Below are positions 29,746-41,070 of a DNA stretch of 64,000 nt, in pieces. The notes under the pieces were generated by a model, which was not told the origin of the DNA, did no database searches, and saw only the letters and a list, made by a program, of their open reading frames with translations. The position numbers were made by a program, and so were the translations under genes. The stretch is from NCBI RefSeq assembly GCF_009914755.1, contig NC_060937.1. One strand, written 5' to 3'. The DNA comes from the human T2T-CHM13v2.0 reference genome, Homo sapiens. How positions within the stretch are numbered: the first letter of the stretch is position 1; each line of letters starts with the position of its first letter.

Positions 29746-29795
<50 letters not shown>
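29746..29795. repeat. (AC)25 microsatellite in the SHISA2 intron
   Basis: Uninterrupted AC run. Confidence 0.97.
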
Positions 29796-29798
<3 letters not shown>

Positions 29799-30464
29799 GT
29801 GACTGGTGTAGACACCCCAGGGAGGCATTCCGGAAGGTTTCTGAAGAGTGAAGTGCAACCTACCAAATTCTTTCACGGGTTTACTTTCCAACTCTGGCTT
29901 TGGCAATTTGAAAGAAAAAAAAAATCAAAGCCACAAAGAGCAAGGCTGGGCACTGCTCCGATGTTACACCTACTAAGTCTGACGTGGTAAGGAAAACAGT
30001 CCAGAAGCCCCACAGGCGGGCCGCTGCAGGGGAGAGGGGCCGCCGCGTGGAGAAGATGGGAATCCGCGGCGTCTGGCACGGGGCAGCAGCCCCGGGAAAG
30101 CCCTGAGGAGCTGCCTTCCTTTCGGGGAGCCTTCAGGGGAGCACCGCTGCCAGGCCCTCACGGGTGGGGGCGCACCCTCGCCGTCTCCTTGGGTACCCCT
30201 AAGACATGAAGCCCTATGGAGACAGGAGACGCCAGAGGGGCCCGGAGGACCCTGGTCAGAAGGAATATGGGGGCTGTCTGTGGCCCACACTGCCTTAGGA
30301 GTGTGATTTTGTTCGGAAAATTAACTCTAAGCCACCCTTTGGCTGACAGATGGAGAAACTGAGGCCCGTGAGGGTGAATTAGGGACCCACACCGACCAAA
30401 TAATAAGCCAGAAGGCAGACTCCGCCTCCTGGTCCTAGGCCCTTTCCTGAATTTCCCCCCTTCA

Positions 30465-30956
<492 letters not shown>

Positions 30957-31929
30957 TCACTGACTGTCCCGCGGCGCTTTCCGCGCGGGCCACTCCCCTC
31001 TGCCGCGACGCCCAGGAGGCGACGACGCCGGGCCCTAGGTCCAGGAGCTCCTAAGCCATCCCCGTCCTCAGCCGGTGGCCCGGTCCCCTTAGGGACTGCC
31101 TTATGAGTTGCACTCGCTGATGGAAATCTCGGGATGCAGTCAGAAGGCCCCCGGGGCTGTCGTCCGGAAGCCTCTGGAGGTTTCACTGGCAACCGGACCC
31201 TCCCTGAGCATCCCCGAAGGGATGCTCACTCGAGCCGAATGACCGCTGGGCGCGCCGCCGCGGACCTGGAGCCAGGGCTCTGCGCAGGGTTTAAGCCTCA
31301 GGGTCCCGCGCGCGAATCAGGGCCCGTCTCCCCTCCTTTATTCCCTCCTCGGGCGGGTAGAAGGGGCGAAGGCGGGCAGTGCACGCAAGGCTCTGGGCAG
31401 CAAGTGACGCAGCCGGCCGCGCTCAGCCTCCTCTGCCCCGAACTTGGTCCGCATGGCTCCGGCCGGGCCGCCCGGGCAGCCCACGGGGGTGCAGCCCCGA
31501 CGCTCCACTCGGCGGGGCCGACGGCCAATCTTCCCAGCACGTCGCCGAGGGAGCGCTCCTGACCCCGGGAACGTCCAGGACGCAGGCGAGGGTCCTGCGC
31601 GCCCCCAGCCGCAGTCCCGGGAGCCTGCCCAGCTGGCGGCGGCCGCGGCTGCTGCTGGGCGCGGATCCAGGCGGGCGGCTCGCCCCGGTTCCCCTTCTCC
31701 GCCTCCCCGGCTGCAGCGCGGTCCCACAGGAGCCCGGCAGCCTCCGGCCGGCTCTCCCTCTCCCGGTCGCTGCCTCGCCCTCGGGAGGTGTGCGCACCGA
31801 TGGAAGCCTCCCACGGAAGTTTCTTTCCTCCGGGCTACGGGAGAAGCCGAGCGCAGCAGCCGCCCACAGCCTCGCCTCGCCCGGCGCCAGACCAGCTCCG
31901 ACTCCGCTCGCTGCCGCGCTGAGCCGCGC

Positions 31930-32070
31930 TCTTATAGAGGCCGGCGGCTCCCCAGCGCGCATGCGCGCTGCGCGGCTCCCCCCACCCCACCTCAGGGACG
32001 CCCGCGGGCGCCGGGCAGCCCCTCACTTTCCTACCCCGGGCAAGGAGAAAGGTGTGGCCAAGGGCGGGGT
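31930..32070 (-). promoter_or_regulatory. SHISA2: Putative SHISA2 core promoter: TATA-like TATAAGA (31936-31930), NRF1-type palindrome (31953-31970), GC box (32061-32070); predicted TSS near 31905
   Basis: Motifs read directly and lie in the correct order at the upstream edge of the CpG island. TSS inferred from TATA spacing. Confidence 0.65.
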
Positions 32071-32714
32071 CTGCCTGCTGGAATAGGCGCGGGAGGAAAC
32101 CCAACCTAAGCAATCCAGGCCTCGCTAACACAAATAACAATAATAACGGAAGAAACTCAACTTGCTTTGTGAAGATCTTTGGCATTCAACATTCGGTTCG
32201 ATTCTGCAAACTTCTCAAGGGATTATGATTACTTTCCACTCTGCAGATCATAAAATCGCCACTCAGATGAACTCTCTCGGCTTCCAGCAGCTGATGTCCT
32301 GGCCACGGTTGGTCCCAGGCCCTGTGCAGGAAGAGCACCGATGTTTGTGGCAGGGTTCACACGCCTAGGGCTGTGTCTGGTGGACTGGAGGCCTCCACCA
32401 CAAGGTGGAACGGAGAGAGTTCAGCAAAGATGTCACACATTCGGCCACGGTGTGGATGATCTGTGTCCCTTTTTCTTTCTATATTTGGGTGTGGTGATTT
32501 ATCGGATTCCAGCAGGAAAGTGCCTCCGTCCAACATGTGGCCTTAGTGGTTTAGACAGCTGCAGTCAGGAAGAAAACAAGGTTCAGACAGACCAGAAATT
32601 CAGCTTTGATGAAGGAGAAATTAATAGCTTCTCTCTTGCAGAAGCTGGAACAACAGGTGCTGATGTTATTAAAGCAGCAGTGCTTATTTTTAAAGGAACG
32701 AATGCCCCTTCCCA

Positions 32715-32860
32715 CACCGTCTGGGAGTCAGCAGACCTGAATTCTAGACCCAGCCCTACTAGCAGGGAATCACTGCGTTTTTCTGGTCTCAGTTTCTTCA
32801 TCTATAAAGTGGAGCATAGGATGTGACGATCACTAAGGTCCCTTTCAAGTCCATGACTTC
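32715..32860 (+). mobile_element. MIR fragment
   Basis: gagtcagcagacctgaattctagacccagc..tctcagtttcttcatctataaagtgg..ctaaggtcccttt. Confidence 0.7.
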
Positions 32861-33554
32861 AGAACACAGGCAGTTTTATTCACAGCAAAGACACTCAGGT
32901 TCAAGCAGCCATTGGATGCTTGTGTATGCCTGGTTAATGTGAAGATTCAGACATTGTTGATTATTCTTCCACTTGCCCCAACAATGTCAAATCCAAGAAA
33001 AAAAACCCTACCCTATGTCCCTGCTCCCCAACACACACCTTATTCTTTTCACTAAACCTCTCTCCAAGCATTGCACTTTGTTTTCTTGCAGTTTTTTGGT
33101 TGTGTATCGTTTTAAGCTACACAAAATTATATACTTTAAATGCACTATTCACCAAATGTCTTAAGCTAGTAAGCTAAAAAAAATTTCAATGTCAAGAAAT
33201 CATTCATTCAAGAAATACACGCCATGCACTTACAGTGTACTGTGCTCTGTGCTGGGTACTGGGACTCATCAAGAAGCCAGACAGCATGGCCATTTCCTTC
33301 AAATAGGGCAAAAGTCTCCAGGGTAAAATACAGAAATCAGACAAAAAGACAAAGAACTGAATAAGCAAAGAGAATGCAAGTATGATCAAAGCTCTTACCC
33401 ACAATGAGAACAGCATCAATTTAAGCACATAATCTAGGTTAGGGTGGGGAAGGAGGTCAGAAAAATCATCAAAGGCGTAACACTTAAAAAGAGACCAGAA
33501 GAAGCCAAGGGAAGATTGAGTTTTTCAGAATGAGTCATTTTCTTAGAAGACACC

Positions 33555-33770
33555 ATTAGCCAACATTTATTGAGAGCTTACTATGGGCTAGGCACCACGC
33601 TAAGAATTTCATGTGCATGGTTTCATTTAATCCTCACATCAGCCCTATAAATAAGACAGTATTACTATCCTCATTTTACTGGTGAGGATACTTGCTCAAT
33701 CCCTAAAGATAGAGAGCGTCGGTTTGCCTGGACTGCACCCAATTCTTCCTGACTCCAAACCCCACTCACC
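33555..33770 (-). mobile_element. MIR fragment
   Basis: aacatttattgagagcttactatg..tcatttaatcctcac..tattactatcctcattttac..tgactccaaa. Confidence 0.7.
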
Positions 33771-35514
33771 GCACTGCTGATCACCACAGCCGCCACTACA
33801 GAAAGCCCAGGATTGATTAACTGGGAGTCCTGTACAGATCATGAGATGCTCCTATGGCAGCACGAGTTGATTTGGGTAGTGTTCAGAGGGTGAATACTTT
33901 CAATTTTGCCATTTGGAAAAACAATTAATGCGAGAGAATTGTACTTATTGTTCTATTTAGAATTGTATTATTTCAGACAGTACCTATGCCTATAACCTCC
34001 TTCCAGGATCCACTTATCCTACTCACCAAAACATCCACAATTTGTCAGAGTTTATTTATGAAGAAAAAAAATTGTTTAACATTTCATATTGGAATTGATT
34101 TGGTGACTGGATAGTGCCACCTTTAAAACACAATGTTTTTGCCAAATAGTCTACAATTTAATCTATAATTGGTGAACTTAGAAGTATGGCGCTCTGAGCA
34201 AATTCGTCTTTTTTTTTTTTTTTAATTACTGTGTTTCTTTTCTTCCTTAAAATTTAAGGAGAGGCCCTTTCATAGTTACTTTACGTAGTGGTTGACTGTC
34301 TTCAATGCTGAAAAGTCCCTTATGTCACTTTGTCTCTCTTGTATTATCGTTTCTTTGTGTATCTGGAATGTTGAACTGAAATTTTATAAAATAACTTGCC
34401 AAGTATTTAGTGAGGTTCTGCATGGGAGGTGCCACTGGGAGATATTAAAATAGTCTTGTTCCTTCCATAGGAAATAAAAAGAAATTCCCTCATTGGTCTT
34501 AACAGACAACCAAAACTATTTCACTCGTTTCTTCTGAGAAGCTATAACTAGTAATTACAACATATAGGTAGTAGTAATCATAATTTATGATAATCAAAAT
34601 GAAATGTTAGGCAGTCTGCCAAAATATATTGAAAAACATATGAAAGAGTGCAGCCCTCTTTTTAAAAAAGTTGAATTCTATAGTCACTAACTGAAAAAGT
34701 ATATTTTCAAGTTATTTTGCCTTTCAGTATGTGCCTGTGCATATATATATAAATATATATATGAATAAAATCCAATTGATTTAAAAGCAAACTTCTGACA
34801 TATCTTCACTAGTACAAATAGCAAGTCATATAACTAAAGAAATGATTACTTACAACTTTACTAACTGGAGTTGATACAAATCAGATGGAGGTAATAATAT
34901 TTCATTTGGCTGGCAGTTCTAAAAGCTGCAAGATCTACAGTGTTTTTCTGCAAGTTTCAGCAAGAGCAGAAGGTTCTTACCATCTGCACATCCATCAGCA
35001 GTCTGTTTAGGGAGAATGGCTTTCACTGGGTTCATTCATTTTTTTTTCTCCTCTTCTCTCATAAATAGAAATAGTACTGAAAATTGGCATTTGGTTTACC
35101 AAAAGTTCTTTTAAGTTAGAGTGTTTTTGTGAAAACCCAAACAAATATATTAATTTACATTTATTTTAATTTTGTCTTCTGTTTACCTAAGCTTATGTTC
35201 AAAAATGTTCATAAATTTATGAAAAAAAATTGTTCTTGCTTTAAAAGTTTTAATTTTTCACCCTCCTTATTTTTATTGTAATTGACATACTGACTTCCAG
35301 AAAAGTAATTTCCATATTTTCAATTCTATTTCTTCTCATTTGTCATTATAAACTATTGACATAGTTCTCTCTCATCCCCCCTCCTTACTCCATTGTTTTA
35401 CTGTACCCCCTTTAATTTTGATTTTGATGTTTACTATGGATATATTTTCATTTTGGAGATATGGAGTTTCACGGAGGGCTTATTTCACTAATGCCTTCCT
35501 ATCTAAAAGAATGG

Positions 35515-36600
35515 CATAAACAAAAGCAAAATGTGCGAAGACTTGCAAATCATATATACGAAAAGAGTCTAATATCCAGAATATAAGAGAACTCTTACAA
35601 CCCAGAACAAAAAGACAACCCAACCAAAAAACTGGCTTGAATAAACATTTCTCCAAATAAGATCTACAAAAGGCCAACAAGCACATGAAAACACCTTCAA
35701 CATCATTAGACGTTAGAGAAATGCAAATCAAAAGCACAAGATACCACTTGACTTTCACTAGGTTGACAATAATAGTAATGATAATGATAATGGGAAATAA
35801 TGTTGGTAAGGTTGTGGGGAAATCAGATCCCTTGAATGCTATCATTGATGGGAATGTAGAATGGTTCAGCCACTGTGCAAAACAGCTTGACAGTTCCTCA
35901 AAAAGTCAGACATAGAATAACCATATGACCCTGCAGGTCCACTCCTAGGTAACCCCAAAGAGATGAAAACATATGCAGATACAAAAACTTCTATATAAAT
36001 GTTCATAGCAGCACACTTACAATAGCCAAAGGGTGGAAACAACTAAAATATCTGCTAACTAATGAATGGATATGCAACATGTGTTATATTCATACAATTG
36101 GAATATTATTTGGACATAAAAAGAAATGAAGTATGAATACATGCTACAACACAGACGAACTTTGAAAACATTGGGCAAGTGAAAGAAACCAGACGCAAAA
36201 GGCACATATTGTATGAGCTTATTTATATAAAATGTCCAGAACAGGCAAATCCATAGAGACAGAAAGTAGATCAGAGCTGGGCCTGGTGGCTCACACCTGT
36301 CATCCTAACACTTTGTAGGAGTTGAGGCAGGTGGATCGCTTCAGCCCAGGAATTTAAGACTGGTCTGGGTAACATAGTGAGACCCTGTCTCTACAAATTT
36401 TTTCTTTCAAAGTAGATCAGAGCCTGTCAGGGGCTGGGAGGAAGGAAGAAGGGGAAGTGACTGCTTAATGGGTACAGGGTTTCCTTTTGGGGTGAAAATG
36501 TTCTGGAACCAGACAGTGGTGATGGTTGCACACATTACAAATATAATAAATGTCACTAATGGTATTTTCATGTTGTGTGTATTTCACCATAATAAAAAAG
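35515..36600 (+). mobile_element. L1MB-like 3' fragment (ORF2 end and 3'UTR) containing an Alu monomer at ~36275-36400
   Basis: aaatgcaaatcaaaagcacaagataccac, ccatatgaccctgca..ccactcctaggta, ggcaaatccatagagacagaaagtaga; monomer flanked by aaagtagatcagag repeats. Confidence 0.88.
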
Positions 36601-36816
36601 AATCTAGAACAAATAAATAAATAAAAGTCTGCAGCTGTGAAAGTAGTTATCTGCCCATGATGTCACCTGAAGGTTCTGAAGCAGGTGCACCAATTTTGAG
36701 AGGATCTATTCTTTTAACAGTGAATGGCCCAGAAAGAGAATCATTTAGGAAGTCTGAAACACAGCCAGATACCTCTGAGCATAATTCCAAGTCCCTAAGC
36801 TAAATGTTGCAAACCT

Positions 36817-37182
36817 TGTTACGGACTGAACTGTATCTCCCCAAAATTCACATGTTAAAGCCCCTAATCCCCAAAGTGACTTTACTAGGAAATAGTGCCT
36901 CTAAAGAGGTAATTAAGGTTAAATCAGTGGGGTCCTAATCCAAAAGGACTGGTGTCTTTATGAGAAGAAGAGACACCAGCCATGTGCTGGCACAGAGCAA
37001 AGGAGGTGGCCTCACACAGTGAGAAGGCAGCTGTCTGAAAGCCAAGGAGAGAGGTCTCAGGAGAAACCCAAACTTGCAGGCAACTTGATCTTAAACTTCC
37101 AGCCTCCAGAACTGTGAGAAATAAATGTCGTCTGTTTAAGCGCCAGTCTGTGGCATTTATTATGGCAGCCCAAGTTGACCAA
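36817..37182 (+). mobile_element. MLT1B-like MaLR LTR
   Basis: tgttacggactgaactgtatctccccaaaattcacatgtt, ggtaattaaggttaaat and cttccagcctccagaactgtgagaaataaat. Confidence 0.8.
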
Positions 37183-37609
37183 TAGACCCTCCCTCCCCTT
37201 TCTCCTCTCCACTAACATCAGGAATGCCATGAGATGCAAGCATGAGGTCTTCCTTCACCATGGTCCTCAAATATAAGGCAGCTTGGGCCTTAGCTCTATC
37301 TATGGATCATACAGGGAAGACTTGAAGTGACAGGAGCTATGTATGCCCTAGAAACAGTTTGAGAAAACTAGATCTCAGTCTAGAATAAGAGACAGTAAAT
37401 TTGTGCTGATGTGAAATGGTTGGAGAATGGAGTGAGGCCAACTGGCTGCTAAGATTTGAATATTGTACATATCCAGGTTCAATTTCCTCCAGAACATTTT
37501 ATTCTGGTCCCTATGGAATTATGATTTCTTTTATTCCCTTGACTTTTCTTCTAGACGATCAACTCCTTGAAGGCGGAAACTAAACCTTGCTCATTGTTTT
37601 TTGCTGCTG

Positions 37610-37897
37610 TTGTTTGTTTGTTTGTTTTGAGACAAGATCTCACTGTCACACAGGCTGGAGTGCAGTGGTGCAATCACGGTTCACTGCAGTCTCGACCTTC
37701 TGGGCTCAAAAGATCCTCCTGCCTCAGCCTCAGCTGGGTCTACGTGTGCTACCATGCCTGGCTAATTTTTTATTTTTGTGGGGATGGGGGTCTTGCTATG
37801 TTGCCCAGGCTGCTCTTGAACTCCTAGGCTCAAGCAATCCTCCCATCTTGACCTCCCAAAGTGGTGGAATCACAGATGTGAGTCACTACACCCGGCC
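37610..37897 (-). mobile_element. Alu (AluJ-like)
   Basis: Diverged reverse dimer. Confidence 0.9.
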
Positions 37898-38138
37898 CTT
37901 GCTTGTCTCTGAGTCCTCTGAGTGCTGGACATACAGTAGGCTCAGTTTATCCATTCAATAAATATTTATTAAGTGTGTACTATATGCCAGGCACAAAAAT
38001 CCTCAGTATTGACTTATTAGTTTCAAGGAATTTGAAATCAATGAAATTACCTAAATGTGAAAAACATTCTGAGTACTGTACAGCAGCTCAGATATAGGCT
38101 ATCTGATAAGACTAGGGGAAAAAAAAATAACCGATGCT

Positions 38139-38432
38139 TGGTTGCACCCAGTGGCTCACGCCTGTAATCCCAGCATTTTGGGAGGCCAAGGCGGGGGGGG
38201 ATCACTTGAGCTCAGGAACCAGCCTGGCCAATATGGTGAAACCCTGTCTCTACTAAAGATACAAAAACTAGCCAGGTGTGGTGGTGCACACCTGTAATCC
38301 TAGCTACTAGGGAGGCTGAGGGATGAGAATCACCTGAACCCAGGAGGTGGCTGTTGCAGTGAGCTGAAATTGTGCCACTGCACTCCAGCCTGGACGACAG
38401 AGCTAGATTCCATCTCAAAAATAAATAAATAA
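38139..38432 (+). mobile_element. Alu
   Basis: Forward dimer; TSD aaaaataac(c/t)gatgctt. Confidence 0.95.
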
Positions 38433-40764
38433 AAATAACTGATGCTTGGGAATAAATCCTTGGAGAGTGGTTTCAGAGGGAAGGTGATTACTAGTACATA
38501 GCCTCCCATGGTCCTGCCCCCACAGATTTGAGGCTTAAAATAAGAGTTTTGCAATGAAAGAAGATGCAAAAAAGGAACAAGTTGTTTCCTCTCCATTACC
38601 ATGTGAAAGAAAAATGTAAGCTATCCACAGATGGATGGTAGGACGTGGCAGCTACGTGCTGTCATTAGCGGTCTTCACTTTGGTTGTAGCTGCTTCATGT
38701 TCAGTATTGGTGGACAGTGGCAGTACCAGTGCCTTCAGCAGACACTAGCTGTATCTCCCAGACTTCTGCTCTCAGAATAGAAGGCATGGCTGAGAGCTAG
38801 AGGAGGGACGAGGAAACTGTGCCCACTTCCTGCTTACCAGGAATATGAGTTCGAGAAGCACCTGGAGACACTTTCAGGGATTCCCACAGTGGAGAAACAT
38901 TTCTGAGTGGGATGGAGCAAGAGGAGGTAGAGAAATGTTTTGTACGAAATTATATTGTTTTACATTCAGGCTGAGAAACTAGATTGCTTGAATATAATTT
39001 CATATTTTTAATTAAAATAATTCAGAAGGCATTTTTGGATTATAGTTTCCTTGAGATTTCTCATTATTAAAATCATTGTTTTTATATGATCAGGTCATAG
39101 GGAAAAAAGTCCCATTGATCCTGGGTGTTTAGATTTGGTATAAATAGGAACTCCCTTTATCAAAGCTGCCTTAGCAGCCTCCTGGTAAAAACATAAAAAG
39201 ATAAAAGAATCATTGTGCTGCTTATTTTAACAGAAGCAGAATTACTGCCTTCACAGCGCAGCCTCACAGTGCTCATAATTATCCCTGTCCAAATACGTTA
39301 ACTTTTTCAAACCAAGCCCTCCCTCGTTCTATGGTTTCAACCTCATTTTTGTACCTTTTGGATTAGTAAGAGATTTTCTTTGGCTTTTGGAAGAAGTCAA
39401 CCTCTCAGGAAACAATTGAATTAAACTTCATGTTTGTTTAAAGAGTCCTTGAGTAGTACCCCACCTCTGCCTTTCCTCAAAATGTCTCCGATGAAAGAAT
39501 AAACAGAGAATGTTCTGCATTGTGTGGTATCCAAAAGGGCAGGACAATGTTTAACAAGTTCCATATTCTGAAAATGTTCCATATTCTGAAATGTCCCAGT
39601 AACACCTTAAGACTCGTTGAGTATTTCAGACCATTTCGCAGCTTTACAGCATTCAGTACACTTCTGGCTTCATATTGTTGATTCTTATATAACAGTTATC
39701 GGGAGAGTCTCCAACTAACTACCTTCATTACCGAATTAGAAGGAAGGGTTTTTTTGTTTGTTTGTTTTTTAATGTTTTTACATTAGAAAATGTACTTGAA
39801 CAGGTGAAGTTCAATCAGCTAATAGCCACTATTTATTGAGCATCTGGTATGTACCAGGCATTGTGCTAAATTTTTTGACATCATTATAGTGTCTCGTCTA
39901 ATAAATACATTATTAAGTAAGGTAAAAAAAAAAAAAAAAAAAGGTTTCGCTTCATCTGCTTTTCTAAAATTTCCTAAAAAGAAATTTCCAGCCTATGCAC
40001 AATGTTATCCAAGTATTTTAACACAAAGCCTTTTCCAGTTTTTGTTTTCAATGAACTGTTTTCTAATGTTACACAAATAAGATGCAATGTCTTATCAGAA
40101 AAAAATCCACAAAGCACTGGCATTCTTAATTTCTATTACTAATTTCCTTTTTGGTGCACAGCGGTTTGGTTTTATTAGGTGTACATATTTTTAGTTACTT
40201 TATTCCTGGAAGTGGAACAATTTATTTTGGAGACATGAGGCCCAGAAGAAAATATTAGAAAAATGCAAAGCAGAAAGTATAGAAAAGTTTAAGACGATTA
40301 TTATTATGCACAAAGAAAGTAAAGGGGGAAGTTGCTCCAGAACTATCTTCAACAACTTGAAGGAATATTTTAGGAGGGCCCTGGGTACAGAGAAGACAGA
40401 CGAGAGGAAGCGGAGTTGAATTACAGAAAAGTGATATTTAAAGAACACTCTCCAACCAGCATAGATGCAGAAGCAGTCATGCAGATGACTCGAGAGGTCA
40501 GGAGATCTCCCAAACCCTCTGTTTCTTAAAGACTCGTGAAATCACCTTTAGCTTTAGAAGGAGAGGGGGAGACTTAGGATATTACTATGCCAGTGGAGAG
40601 GGCCAGCACTGGTTAAAATCCTGGAGACTTCTTACTAGGATTTCTTTCTACCTTACTATACAGTGAAACATTTTTAGGCTTGTCATAAAGAAAACAGCAA
40701 ACATGGTTGATATTTCTTCTTTTGACATGGGTCAAGCTTCCTGACTTCCTCAAACCAATAAAAA

Positions 40765-41070
40765 GATGATGATGATGATGATGATGATTTGAGACAGGGT
40801 CTGGCTCTGTCACCCAGGCTGGAGTGCAGTGGTGAGGTCTCGGCTCACTGCAACCTCTGCCTCCCAGATTCAAGCAATTCTGCCTCAGCCCTCTGAGTAG
40901 CTGGGATTACAGGCATGTGCCACCACACCTGGCTAATTTTTGTATTTTTAGTAGAGACGGGGTTTCACCGTGTTGGCCAGGTTAGTCTCAAGCTCCTGAC
41001 CTCAGGTGATCCACTTGCCTCCGCCTCCCAAAGTGCTGGGATTACAGGCGTTAAGCCACCACATCCAGCC
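40765..41070 (-). mobile_element. Alu with a (GAT)n microsatellite tail
   Basis: Reverse Alu; TSD taaaaagat. Confidence 0.95.

Noticed and set aside
31134-32185. Several 116-235 aa ORFs on both strands in the promoter
   Set aside because: GC-rich artefacts with no recognisable domain.
35480-35915. ORFs with L1 ORF2-like peptide (REMQIKSTRYHLT)
   Set aside because: Degenerate fragment of an old L1, not an intact gene.
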